From the NCBI GenBank assembly GCA_963693365.1, contig CAVNZM010000004.1, positions 11,684,468 to 11,748,467 on the forward strand: a DNA stretch of 64,000 bases. The letters run 5' to 3'. Source of the stretch: Amoebidium appalachense. Taxonomy: Eukaryota > Protista > Ichthyosporea. A program made the position numbers and the translations under genes. Of this stretch, positions 20,451-33,292 are shown in pieces. Positions within the stretch are counted from its first letter, which is position 1. The number at the start of each line of letters is the position of its first letter. The notes beneath the pieces were generated by a model. It saw only the letters and a program-made list of their open reading frames with translations. It did not search any database and was not told the DNA's origin.

Positions 20451-21319
20451 GGTTGTGTGTATATGTGTGTAGTACAACACCAACAGCTTCTTGTAATTGC
20501 ATCGCCCCTCTAAACGCCATGATGCATTTACAAACGTGTTGTAGCCGTTGGTCAAGAAACACGTTCAAACTGTTGGGTTTTCAAGCCTTTGCTCACTTAA
20601 AGCGCGAGCTGATCTAGAGGTTATACGGGCTAACTTGCAAGATGACGGCCACACTGTGTGTTTAGGGTAACCGGGACCGTTTCCGCACACCTTTGTCTCG
20701 CGCTCATACATACCAAGGTCGTGGCTTTCCCTCAGTAACATTCCAAAACAGCCCGACGGTTAAAGTCCTAGTATGCGTAACGCAAAAACTAGACTTGGGT
20801 ACATCCAAATATCATCATTCAGAGAGATTAATGAAAGGAACGAACTAACAATGGTCTACCGGACAATTTCTTACTATAGCTTGGCACTCCTTTCTTCTTG
20901 CATATCCCCCCCTCCCCCTCCCCCCCCCCCCCCTCCCCCCTCCCCCTCCCCCTCCCCCTCCCCCCCCCCCCAAAAAAAAAAAAAAAAAAAAAAAACACGG
21001 AAAAAAAAAAAAAAAGAAAAGGAAAAAGAAGAGGAAGAAAGAAAACAGAGTACCATACACACATCTTGACACACACAGAGAAAGACACACCGAGACCCTA
21101 ATCACCCAAGCACTACGTTGCTTGCACATCAACCCTTGTGTAATTCAACCTACGCCAGTCCCTTCTCCCATCATGAGTCCTGCAACAGACAATGGTATAC
21201 GCGGAGTCAATGAGAGCTGTGCAGGTAAGGAAAAGTTGCATCAAGCTTTACCGGTGCGCGGGGGGGGGGGGGAGGCGGCGGGAGGCGGCGGCAGAGAGGG
21301 GGGGGGGGTGGGGGGGGGG

Positions 21320-21376
<57 letters not shown>

Positions 21377-21671
21377 GAAGTGACCCACCAACCTAACGTT
21401 CTACAAACATACCCTGGCATCTTAGACAATCGTGGGCTAGCCCATGCATAGACCTGTGCCAACAAACCGGCCAAAATATCACATTGGCACACACACTTAT
21501 GTGACCTTACCATTCTCAACTAGCGCTCACGCCACCTACAGCAGGCCCCCTTCTGTACATAGTAAGTCTTGCCCCGAAGAATGCATGTTTTCAAGGCCTA
21601 GGCCATCTATAAAAAAAATAGATGCCATGAGATGCATGCAGGGGCCGGATCCGCCTCGTCCTCCAGCCTGA

Positions 21672-21789
21672 TTACGTAAGCCCTCGTAAATGTCATTCGA
21701 GGATTAGATTTCCCTCGTTTCAAATAATGTTATGACGTCATTAAAGGCCAATGTTGGCCAGGTTCTATTGATAAAGTGACGTCATAACA
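21672..21789. promoter_or_regulatory. Cluster of bZIP (CRE/ATF-type) palindromes upstream of SDHAF4
   Basis: TTACGTAA at 21672 and TGACGTCA at 21733 and 21777. The latter two sit in a 13-bp inverted repeat (tgttatgacgtca / tgacgtcataaca). Confidence 0.45.
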
Positions 21790-21976
21790 AATCGAGTATG
21801 AAAGTCATGATCATTTCATGACTGTCACAGGTGTGGCTCCGCGTGTGCTTCCTCTCTGTCAGTCGGTCGCTGAACTTCCTACAATAACTTCACCCTTCAG
21901 TTTCTGGACTGTTATGATCGCTTCATACTTGCATCAACCAGAAAGATTTTGGCGTTGTGTTAAACAACAAGGGCGG

Positions 21977-22053
21977 AGAGATAGCAGTTGTGGCACCTTT
22001 CCCCCCATCGAAATAGAGATAGCAGTTGTGGCACCTTTTCCCCCATCGAAATA
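21977..22053. repeat. Near-perfect ~39-bp tandem duplication
   Basis: gagatagcagttgtggcacctttccccccatcgaaata occurs twice, with one difference in the T/C run. Confidence 0.9.
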
Positions 22054-22209
22054 CAATCACTGTAACGTTTAGGCCGGCAATTGACCAGCGTGAAACTACA
22101 CTTACTGGTACCCACCCTTTGCTTTGACCACGACGTTTGGGTGTGTCCAATTTATCCTTTCGGCTCCTTATTACTGAGAGAGATATATTTTTATACACAA
22201 GCAGCCATC

Positions 22210-22611
22210 ATGTTTCCTCTTGTCTCCTGTTTTGTCAACCTCGGTGCTCAGCGCAGCCTTATATCTGTGACTGGGCCACAAGCACAAACCCTTATCCGAC
22301 CTGTGTCACTCTCCCTCCTCTCCGCTTCATATTCAACTATTATCAGAGGGAAACCAGGCAAAATGATGCCTCTCGGTGTGACCGGAGACCTGAACATCCG
22401 CGCTGTGTTGGATAACAGTGATGACGAAGACGATGAAGGGCTACCAGCGCCGCAAAGAAAGAACCAAGAAGGAAAAACGGAGGCGAAAGATGAGAACATG
22501 AAAGACGGGGAGTGGGTCAACCCAAAGACAGGAGAGAGGGGCGGTCCTAAGGGGCCTGAGCCTGTGAGGTATGGCGACTGGGAAAAGGGCGGACGGTGCT
22601 ATGATTTCTAA
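22210..22611 (+). CDS. SDHAF4: Succinate dehydrogenase assembly factor 4 (DUF1674), mitochondrial
   Basis: The C-terminal VNPKTGERGGPKGPEPVRYGDWEKGGRCYDF is the family signature. ATG at 22210 is followed by a transit-peptide-like N-terminus. Confidence 0.93.
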   Translation: MFPLVSCFVNLGAQRSLISVTGPQAQTLIRPVSLSLLSASYSTIIRGKPGKMMPLGVTGDLNIRAVLDNSDDEDDEGLPAPQRKNQEGKTEAKDENMKDGEWVNPKTGERGGPKGPEPVRYGDWEKGGRCYDF

Positions 22612-22889
22612 TGCTACGTTGTGCTATGTTCTACCGGTTGGTGAGGTCATTTTCTTCGATGAGGCGGGAGGGGGAAGGGGGGCGAGGGATGAGCGAACTA
22701 TCACTCCACGCTCTTGGTTGGTACTGATAATCTGCAGAGTATTATGGCAGCCTATCTTCAGAAGATGCAAGCAATATTGGCCCCTTTATCTATACCTTGG
22801 GTTTCATTTTTCTTCTTTTTGCTTTCACAAATCCTCTCCTGCTGCGTTGTGTAGACGGGGTTCAAAGGGTTGGGAATTGTGAACATCGG

Positions 22890-22920
<31 letters not shown>

Positions 22921-23361
22921 ATAAAAAGCATGAAGGAAGGGTTTTTTAAGCTGTACAGTCCTGTTCTACACAACAGTGTCGTATATGTGCGATGATTTTT
23001 GCTGTCTTAGGTCTCTTTGTCTAGATCGCGCTTCATACAGTGCCCCACATCCCCGCTTCACTTGGGCCAAGAGTATGAACTTTTGTAGGAAGGAACCGTT
23101 GTGACGGGACCGCACATTTTTTTTTTCTTCTTATTTATAAATGTCACTGCTGTGCACGAAACAAACACACGGTGTCCTGCAGGTTTAGTATCCCTACTAT
23201 GACCCTTCCCCCCCCCCCCCCCCCCCCTCTTCTTGAGCTCAGCTCCCTTAGTGCGATTCTTCAATGGTAATCCTCCTCCCCTTTTTTTGTTTTTGGGGGG
23301 GGGGGGGAGGGGGGGGAGGACAATCGCTCTTTTACATGTCACCAGGAGGCAGGCGGGACGG

Positions 23362-23399
<38 letters not shown>

Positions 23400-23585
23400 G
23401 GGGCAATAGCCGTGGTAGGGCGGGCACAGAACGGAGCAACATCCTTGGTGGGTTGGGGCCGTTTGGGCGGCACACACAGACACACACACATATTACACTC
23501 ATCCAGCTGCTGCTCGTTTCCTTGTACATGTGTCTCCACTCGACAGGGCTGCGATTAGCATGCATATCTCTCCGCAATATCCCTT

Positions 23586-23638
<53 letters not shown>

Positions 23639-23761
23639 AAAAAGAAAGAAAGAACGAAAGAAAGAAAGAAAGAAAGAAGGAAGAAGAAATACGAACAAGA
23701 TTTATATCAAAACACTGAGCCCATAGAGACACGTGACCACGTATACTCCCCTTCGAGACCC

Positions 23762-23971
23762 ACGGGTGACCTACTCATGTTCAAGTGAAACAGTATCTGA
23801 GTTGGGTTTCGTTAACGAGGGGAATAGGTCGAAACTCGGGTACTGTGGATGACGTGGGGCCCCCCTGAGGATGGGCTCTGCTTATTATGCATACTCTTTA
23901 TGTATGGCTTGCATTCTGCATCGTGTTATCCGTTTGTTCTTGTGTACTTCGTACTTTTTGACGCATTCAAA
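23762..23971 (+). mobile_element. Poly(C)-associated structured interspersed element, subfamily A, 5'-truncated copy
   Basis: Nearly identical to 36783-36992; ends gcattcaaa followed by a C-run. Confidence 0.8.
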
Positions 23972-24934
23972 CCCCCCCCCCCCCCTCCCCCACCTCCCCC
24001 CCCCCCCCCCCCCCTTGACGTAGGTGCACGTAATTCAATCACGCAAACATGTATGTTGTATCGACAATCCATTGTAAATTCTGGATCAGCAACCCCCCCC
24101 CCCCCCCCCCCCCCCCTCTCTCTCCCCCCCCCATCCCCCCGCCCCCCCAACACACACACACGCCCACCCACCCACCCACCCATGGCCACCCACACATATC
24201 CTCCTCCTCAGGCCACCACCACCACCAGATGTACATGCACACACCATTTCCTACAAACGGGTGCGCGCGCATGCATCCACACATATATAGTGTTGTGTCA
24301 TTTCCCACACTACGACCATGTATAACGTAATATTGGTTTCATGGACACATCACCCTTTCCGGTTTAAGATAGGGTAGGCAGATATATTGGGCACTTCCAT
24401 TCAATGGCGCTTGAGCGCCCCTGGCGCTCTCGGCCATGGTACATATTCTCGGGTGGGGTAAAATAACGACAAAATCATTCTCCAGAACTCAATTGACTAT
24501 TATTGAACGAGCTTGAGATATATAGGGGATATTTTGAATATGAATGAAGGGGGATATGCTTATGGACGGCCACCCAAATTATGTTGTATGTGGTTGCTAT
24601 CACAAATGCTTACAAGTAATGTTAACGAGTGTTGATGGGACTAAAGAAACTTATAAACGGTGTGTGCGCGTGCATGTATGTGCGGGTATGTGCGATTTTT
24701 TCGATATTGTCCAGATGCGTCCTAGAGCATTCAATCACGTTGATAATCAGATTTATGCTTTTCATGAGACTCCGAGAGTGCTTTCATTACACCTAAAGCT
24801 CTAACCTACAAATGAAGCCACGTCAGAACCTTGAAGTATGCAAGCGAGCAGATGCAAACATGCAATCCAAATGCATCAACTCGGTTTGTTTATGCTCACC
24901 AGTTTCATGACCTACAACACAAACTTAGCCCAAC

Positions 24935-25209
24935 CTATGCATCTGTGCCCGTGGCCTTCTCTGCCTTTGCACCCTTCTTCTTAAACTTCTTCAGCTTGAG
25001 AATTGCAATCCGGTTCTTGTTGTACACCACCTGCCCAGGGGGGATAAATCAGTCAGGTGATGCAATCACACTGTCATGTGCATACCGATACCTCGCAGGT
25101 CTGAGTATGTGCGCTTAGAGAAAACGGTACGCCACACGTCCTGTCACACAAAAAGCAAGCCTATTAAACAGGAATTTTCTACAAAGAGTGCACAAGGATT
25201 TTTTTTTTT

Positions 25210-25257
<48 letters not shown>

Positions 25258-25301
25258 ATCTGTCGGTCATGCACAACCCACATTTCCTTTCGTCTGAGAC
25301 C

Positions 25302-25350
<49 letters not shown>

Positions 25351-25587
25351 TCCTTGAAAAAAAAAATAAACACACACCCACCCATCCACCCATAAAAGAA
25401 AAAAGAAAAAAATTAACACATTTCATCCCTTTCAAAGCCATTCCTTTCTGCTTACGTCCATATCCGACAAAGTGTGTACAGTATGCCTAGCCCCGTTAGC
25501 CGGTCGCCTCCCACGTCTTCCTTCCTAATTGTCTTACTTCTATGTTTTTGTGTTGCTTGTAAGATTGCATTCCCACTGCTACTTTGG

Positions 25588-25623
<36 letters not shown>

Positions 25624-28600
25624 TGAATGCGGAACACGGTACGAAGTACGCATACACGATGAGAAGCATGGTGCAGGACACATTCAAAGGCAAACATTCA
25701 AGTATGCAACATCAGCCATGTGCACAGTATGCGTCATAAGCAGAGCCCATCCTCAGGGAGGGCCCAAGTCATCAATTGCGTCTGAGTTTCGAACCCTTAG
25801 CCCGCGTATATACGACTCTCCAACTCAGACAGCAGCATCAACTGAAGTTGGGAGGGTCAACCCGTCTTGATCAAAGACGAGCAGGGTTGCTTATGCAAGC
25901 AAGGTGAGCAAAACGGTGAAGATGTGTGTGCAAACTAAAGCAGTGCAGCGAAAAATGCGTATGTGCTTACAGATGCACGACACAGAGCAACCATGCCAGG
26001 TTGCATGGAAGTAAAGCGGTCTCCACACAGTGGTCTGTCCTGAAAGGACACCTCTGAAAGAAGACTGGGGGGGGTTTGAATGCGGAACACGGTACGAAGC
26101 ACGCATACACGATGAGAAGCATGGTGCAGGACACATGCAAAGGCAACATTCAAGTATGCAACATCAGCCATGCGCACAGTATGCGTTAAAGCAGAGCCCA
26201 TCCTCAGGGAGGGCCCAAGTCATCAATTGCGTCTGAGTTTCGACCCCTTAGCCCGCGTATATACGACTCTCCAACTCAGGCAGCAGCATCAACTGAATTT
26301 GGGAGGGTCAACCCGTCTTGATTAAAGACGAGCAGGGTTGCTTATGCAAGCAAGGTGAGCAAAACGGTGAAGATGTGTGTGCAAACTAAAGCAGTGCAGC
26401 GAAAAATGCGTACGTGCTTACAGATGCACGACACAGAGCAACCATGCCCGGTTGCATGGAAGTAAAGCAGTCTCCACACAGTGGTCTGTCCTGAAAGGAC
26501 ACCTCTGAAAGAAGACTGGGGGGGGTCTGAATGCGGAACACGGTACGAAGTACGCATACACGATGAGAAGCATGGTGCAGGACACATGCAAAGGCAAACA
26601 TTCAAGTATGCAACATCAGCCATGCGCACAGTATGCGTCATAGGCAGAGCCCATCCTCAGGGAGGGCCCAAGTCAACAATTGCGTCTGAGTTTCGGCCCC
26701 TTAGCCCGCGTATATACGACTCTCCAACTCAGACAGCAGCATGGGGGGGGGGGGGGGGGGGGGGGGGAATGCTCCATGGCTACTACTTACGGCACACCAA
26801 CCCAAGGATACAGTGAACAAAGTTTATAGACTTGTTAACCAACTACAGCAAGCAACATGGCTCACATAGAAGCTATCTGAAGCCTTGGTCTGTGCTGCAA
26901 ACCACCTAATCGTTGGCGCATATGATAAGATGCTCAAAGAGGGAAAGGGTTCTGGGGGGGATGCTCCATGGCTACTACTTACGTTGAAGTACTTGAGGGA
27001 GTTGGGCTGGGTAAGGGCAGTGTTGCAGAACAGGGGCTGGCTCAGATCCACCTTGCTGCAGGTTAGAATACACGTGAGATAAATACGCAAACAAAACACT
27101 AACACAACACTAAAAGTGAGATACATACACAAACACAACACTAACACAACACTAACAGGATTGCGGCCACAACTCGGAGAGAGGGAAGAAAATGTGCCCC
27201 CGGTGGGAGGAAGATTGGGGGTTGGAAGGGTGTGTGTGTGGGGGGGGGGGTCTGGGGCAACTAATCACATAGTTTATTTTGTTCCTGGCTGCTGGTGTGG
27301 AACAGGTATTCAAAACGTCTTGAACGTGTGTGTGTGTGTGCGTGTGTGTGTGTGCGCGCGCGCGCGTGGGTGTGGTGGTGGTGGTTGGTGGGGGAGGGAG
27401 ATTACAACCTCAGGCCGTTCTTTGAGGCGATGTAGTCGTAGCCCTTGTTGTTTGTGCACACGGCACCGCAGTTGGTCAGCACCATGTAGTCAGACTGCAG
27501 GTGCCGCATGGCATCGTACACGTCCTTCTCGGGCACCCTGCAGCACACACAGTGTCAGTGTGCTGCCACTATTAGCCATATTGTGTGCTCTAACTAAACT
27601 CTCCCTAGGCTGGCACAATCGACACCAGTGGAGCTGTAAACGGGTGTCGTTGCTTTCTCTCTGCCCCCCCCCCCCCCCCCTCCCCCCCTCCCCCCTTTCC
27701 CCCTCTCCCCCCCCCCCCCTGCCCCCCCCCCCCCCCCTCTCCCCCCCCACCCCCCTCTCCCCTTCCCCCTCCTCCCCCCCCCCCCCCCCCCCCCCCCAAA
27801 CACACACACACACACACACACACAAAAAAAAAAAAAGGAAGGGGGGAGGGGGGGGGGAGCCGGAGAGTGGCTAAATAGAATGACATCGAAATATGCATCT
27901 AGTATGGATTTGGTGGGGGAATGGGCGGGCGAGGAATGGGGGGGGGGGGGGGGGGGGGTTTGAATGCGTCAAAAAGTACGAAGTACACAAGAACAAACGG
28001 ATAACACGATGCAGAATGCAAGGGGGGTCATACCTGGCATAGCTCTGGTATTGGTAGCGGTAGCGCTCTCTGATCTCTGGTTTTTCGGCATGGGGATGCA
28101 CGGTAAAGCGTCTACGGGTGTACAGCTTGAGCCAGGAGCTCGCATCAAGACTGGCTGTGATCACAGCATCCTGGTCTGCATGTGGATGGTGGGGTCAGTG
28201 AACCAGAAGTGGGGATGGAGGGGAGGGGGGGGGGGGGGGGAGGGGGGAGGGGGGGGGGGGGGGGGGGGGTGGAGGGTCGGGAATGGGGGGAGGGGAGGGA
28301 GAGAGAGGGGGGTGGGAGGGAGAGGGAGGGGGGAGGAGGGAGATACTGAGAGCATGGAAGTGGGTAGAGGCGGTGAAGAGAGAAAAACGGCCAAGGGAAG
28401 GGGAGAGAGAAACGACCCAAAGAGGTGCCAACAGCGCAGGAAAAGGGAGGAAGACGCTGGAACAGTAGGTGTGGGTGTAGTCATGCTAAAAGTAGGTATC
28501 GTTCGAGTGGTAGAGCAGCCAGCACAGAGTGGGCGAGAGGAGTCAAAGAAAAGAAGGCATGGGGGTTAGATTGTGGGTGTGGGGTTTGTTAACTAGGTCT

Positions 28601-28721
28601 GTGGTTTTTGTTTGTTTTTTTTTGTTTTTTTTTTTTTTTGGGGGGGGGGGGGGAGGGGGGGGGGACATGATGGATGCACTAGAGGGTGGCAAGATGGAAG
28701 CAAAGGTAAAAAAAAAAAAAA

Positions 28722-28759
<38 letters not shown>

Positions 28760-29627
28760 AGAAGAAAAGGGAAGAAAAAAGGAGGAAAGAGAAGAAGCAA
28801 GAAGGTGGGAGAACCAGTGATTCTACAGGCAGATCACACTGGAAGTGAGTGCATTATCAGGGGGTCACTATCCCTTGACAAAGAATGAGTTTTGACTTTG
28901 ATCTCTCACGTGTTCCCCCCGTTGGCAGAGGGGGGGGGGGGGGGGGGGGGAGGGGGGGGGGGGGAAGGAGGAGGGGAGGGCAAGCAGAAGAAGGGGGAGG
29001 AACACAAGGGAAATCATAAGGAACATGAATGGGGTGCACGGGGGTGAGGGAGGGGCGGGGGGGGGGGGGGGGGGGGGGGGGGGGGAGGGAGAAGAGGGGG
29101 GGGGGGGGGGGGGGGGGGGGGGGTGGGGGGGATGTGGCAAAAATGCAGGACGAAGAACATCAATCAATACATTGATCCGCACAAGATTGGGCCCCCCGGG
29201 GGGGGGGGGGGGGGGGGGAGAGGGGGAGGGGGGAGGGGAGGTGGCACAAAAATTCAAAGAAGAACGCCAATCAATACATTCATCCACGGGGAAAAAAAAA
29301 CCAGACACATGCATGGCATTCAAAAACGAAGCAATGGGTGGGGTTAGGGGTTGTAAAGGTACCCGTGTTGTTGATGATCCATTGAACCAGTTCCACCTTG
29401 TCTTCGTAGTTTGCACGGCGTGGTGTTCCCATCATCTGTGCATTGAAGCGCTCATAGGGTGCAAGGAGAATGGCAACACCAAGAAGCGCACGGAACATGT
29501 ACTTGATCACTTGAACGTGCGGGGACTGTGGTAGAATTCACAACACAGAGATAGAAGTGTAGGTATTGTGTGTGGCCGTGTTGAGGTGCATGTACGTGTG
29601 TAAATTTGTATGCAAGGGTGTGTGTGG

Positions 29628-29686
<59 letters not shown>

Positions 29687-32338
29687 TGTGTGTTTGTGTG
29701 TGTGTGTGTGCGTGTGTGTGTGTGTGTGTGGATGTGGATGTGTGTGCGTGTGTATGTGTGGGTGTGCAAAGGTGTCAGGGGCAGAAGGCATACAACATGT
29801 ACATAAACCACACAACAGAGAGAGAAATGTGGAGTGGGTGGCAGTCATGGAACGGAAGGGAAGGAGTAGGCGGGCAACAGTTGGGGCAGCGGCCACAGCG
29901 CGGGGGGGGGGGGGGGGGGGGGATGTACACAATGAAAAAGCAAATTTGACACAGAGGAAGAGAATTGGTGTTAGTGTGATGAAATACAACTGCAAATGAA
30001 ACGAAGACTCTGGGCAAACCACCTTGGAGCTATTAGAGGAGTGGGGGGAGATGGACAGTGGGTTATGGTATTTAGGGGGGAGGGAGGGGGAGGTGGGGAG
30101 GGGAGGATGGAGGGGCTTAAAGGGAAAAGTATTGGGTACTACCTAGATTGGTCCTGGTAAGGAATGCGTAAACGTGCTGACTGCTGGCCAGAGAAGGGTA
30201 AGAGGGGAGGACCCGGAGGCGGGGAGGGGGGGGGGGGGGGGGGGAGTAAAGAAGGAGAAACGACTATTATGAGGTTGGATTGTGTGTGGTGAGTGCCTGG
30301 GGAAGGATGAGACGTTTATATGTGTGCGATGGGGGTTGCTTTGTAGCAGGCATGGGGGGGGGGGGGGGGGGGGGAGCAGGGGGGGAAGAGGGGAAGAGGG
30401 GCAGGGGGAGGGGGGAGGGGGGGGGGGGGGGTCGGGGAATTTGCTAATTCTCATAAATGCAAGGAAATAAAATGTATGCAGCAATGAGCTAAAATCCTTA
30501 TCGAGTGTGTGCCATGTAGAGTCGTGTGAAAAGCCCCATGTGATCACTAGTCTTCCCGCAAAAAGAGAACGAGGCATGTGAGAGGGGAGGGAGAGGGAGG
30601 GGGGTGGGGGGTGGGGGGGCGCGGGGAGGGGGGGCGGGCAGGGCAGGAGAGTGCATGAGCGGTGGGGCAACCAGAAGAAACCAGTGGGGGAGGTGAAGAG
30701 CCAGGCGCATAACAGGGTTAGGTATGTGTTTATTTTCTAAGGGGGGAGGGGGGGGGGGGGGGGGGGGGGGAAAGAGGGTACGAGGGGGGAACAAAGGGGG
30801 GGGGGGAGGGGGGGGAGGGTGGAGAGGGAGGAGGGGGGAAGGGAAGGAGAGGGAGGGAGAAGGAATTAACATACAGCCTTTTCAGACTTGGTTGACTTCT
30901 GCACCTTCGGCTTGTCCTTCTTCTTTCCAGCACCCCCCTTTTCCTCCTTTTGGGCCCCATCAGCAGCAATGGTGGAGGCAGGGGAAGGTGTGTACCAGCG
31001 GCCAGGAAGGAGCAGGTCGTAGCTGTCCGTAAACACCATGCTGGCGCACAGAATCCATGATGGCGTGAAGAAAGGAAGCATGCGCAACATCAGAAGACCC
31101 AGCAGGATAAACCCGCATGATTGTGCCAAAAGGAACGGGGTGATGGGGTCGCGTGTGTTTCCATCCTTGTAGTCGAACGCTACTTTCAAGGCCATGACAA
31201 TCATCGAAATTGCACCAAGGGGCAGAACTAGCGAATCAGTAAGATTCTGAAACGCCCAGCCGGGCATGGGGTTGAACGCTTGCCCGCACAAGTACTGAAG
31301 TGTGATGAAGTCCTCATACCCAGTAAGGTGGGCACGGAGGATGAGGAAGATGTGTGCGTCGTCCTCAATTCCAAAGGCGAATTGTGATACGACCTTGAGA
31401 CCCGCTACGATCCCGGCAAGGATGCACAGCCGCACACCTACATGGGCAATAGGATTCTTGAATTGTATTTTGCTATCTATTTGCGTGATCATAAGGCCGC
31501 CAATTAGGAAGAAGAATAACATGGAAGTGATGAGCATCTCGTTGAAGAACATGGCTACGGCACACACCAACAGCGCAACAAGCTGAGCAAGGTAGATCTT
31601 GGCCAGGTTGTTGGGTGAGACGTAACCGATGCAATAAATCAAAAACAGAGCGAATGCTTGGATGAGCATAGGGAACTGGGCAAACTGCCATGGAAGCATA
31701 AATGAAAAAGTGCTTACCGCCAGGCAGAAAAGCGACTTCTTGGTTGGCTCAGCAAGGCGAAGATTATAAGCCATTACGCCAACTTCGACCCACAGAAAAG
31801 GGATGGCAAACGTCTCACGCAACATGGGATGATTGTGGACTCTTGTGACCTCGAAAAAATTCATCAGAACCATAACAGCTGCGAAGAACCCGCACAGAAT
31901 GCTCTTTCCAAGCTCGGCGCCCGTGTAGAATGTTGCAACCATGTGAAGTCCGGTCATAGCGAAACAAACGAACATGGTGAAGTCGAACCGATCGGGAAAA
32001 AAGGGATGGAAAAAATAGCGGTATGCGACGCCCATGATCATTTCCGGGTAGATGTTAAAGCGATGGAGTGCGTTTACAACGCCGGGATATTCTGCCCTTG
32101 CATCCCGTACCGTGTCGATTAATCCCTCTTTGAGTGTCGGGGCATCGATCAGGTCCGAGTAGTAAGAGTAGTAGAACGCTTGCTCGGAAAAGAGATTGAA
32201 AGGCTTCTCTAGAGAGTCGAGTTCCTTGGTGCTGTATGATTGGTGGTTCAGGTGCTCAAACATGTTATATGCCCACGCAAAGAACCCGACTGCTATAGAG
32301 GCCATGAGAAGAAACCTCTGCTCCGAAGTAAGCTCCAT
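24935..32338 (-). CDS. DPY19L: DPY19-family tryptophan C-mannosyltransferase (6 exons)
   Basis: Phase-consistent exons: 32338-30875, 29525-29363, 28175-28034, 27537-27409, 27055-26983, 25030-24935. Multi-pass TM protein with [54 protein letters not shown] and a C-terminal ELVQWI...DAVITA...HPHAE...IRER. Confidence 0.92.
25622..26742 (-). mobile_element. Tandem array (~2.5 x ~452 bp) of poly(C)-associated structured element, subfamily B, in the last DPY19 intron
   Basis: Units start at 25622, 26075 and 26526 on the + strand, separated by 8-9 G. The array is flanked on both sides by long G-runs and its core is homologous to 36742-36992. Confidence 0.85.
27959..28021 (-). mobile_element. 63-bp 3'-terminal fragment of the subfamily A element
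   Basis: Exact reverse complement of 36930-36992, embedded between two G-runs just after the DPY19 exon-3 donor. Confidence 0.8.
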
Positions 32339-33113
32339 CTTGCCTTGTGGCCACACAGGGCGCCCCTACTCCGGGTTTCTGTGTATGTCAAGAGCAAATA
32401 ACCCAGGTATGATACACGGTACTATGCAGTGACTCCGAGGGGCATGTGTCAGCTAGCAGTAGATAGTGCGTAAACCCCCATGTGTCAGTGGTGGAACGTG
32501 TGGTTTGAAATTTGGCTGTTCGGTATCGGGCCGGTGCACGGACAACGCGGGCCTAACACGACTATACGTACATCTGCGTTTTAGGTGGAAAATCATAAAG
32601 GTATACGGGAAAAAGCAACATATAAGGTGGATAACGCACTGTAAAAACACACCACCGTGTTGGCCCGTTCCGCTAAGTTCCGCTACATATTTTTTCGGGA
32701 ACCCACTCAGGTTGCAGCAGTTGTAGCAGCTGCCGGCGCAGCTTTTGCAAGCTCCTCGCGATAATTTTTTTTCCCCTAAGTTTTTGATGCTCCCTAAACC
32801 AATGAAAAATGATCTCTTACGTAAGCGGTATACCGAGCCTACACTGAGGATTTCATGGCTACGGGTAAATAAGGAATCCAATCAGCATTCATTCTGGCAC
32901 TTACTATATTTGGCTTTCTCTAAAACTCAGGAATGCGGGTAACTGAACGTGAGCTGAGCTCAGACGGACTCTGATGGAGTAGTGAATGAGTTTACATACT
33001 TTCCAGCACATCCGTGGCTAAATCGTACATATATCCGTGCAGGTACCTTACCAGACAGTGTAAGTGGTAGACATAACAGAGAACGGATAGACTAATATAA
33101 AACATGAATCGGC

Positions 33114-33292
33114 GGCTCTTTGTAACACATCCGATGATAAATGCCGTACTTTCCAATCGGAGGAATCAGGATCAGGCGGCCGCATGGCGGCGAGAACATA
33201 AAAGCAGCATCGAATTGATTGGCCGGCCATGGAGAGAATTGGAAAGTATGGCATATATCATGATATTATCATCGGATGTGTTACAAAGAGCC
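33114..33292. repeat. Long inverted repeat / fold-back element (MITE-like or hairpin RNA)
   Basis: Perfect 27-bp arms at 33114-33140 and 33266-33292, plus inner 17-bp arms at 33141-33157 and 33238-33254 (one G-U pair). Confidence 0.8.

Noticed and set aside
25785-25800. Pol III B-box (GTTCGAAAC) suggesting a tRNA-derived SINE
   Set aside because: Only one copy has GTTCGA; the others read GGTCGA or GGCCGA. No A-box or cloverleaf was found and the motif is internal.
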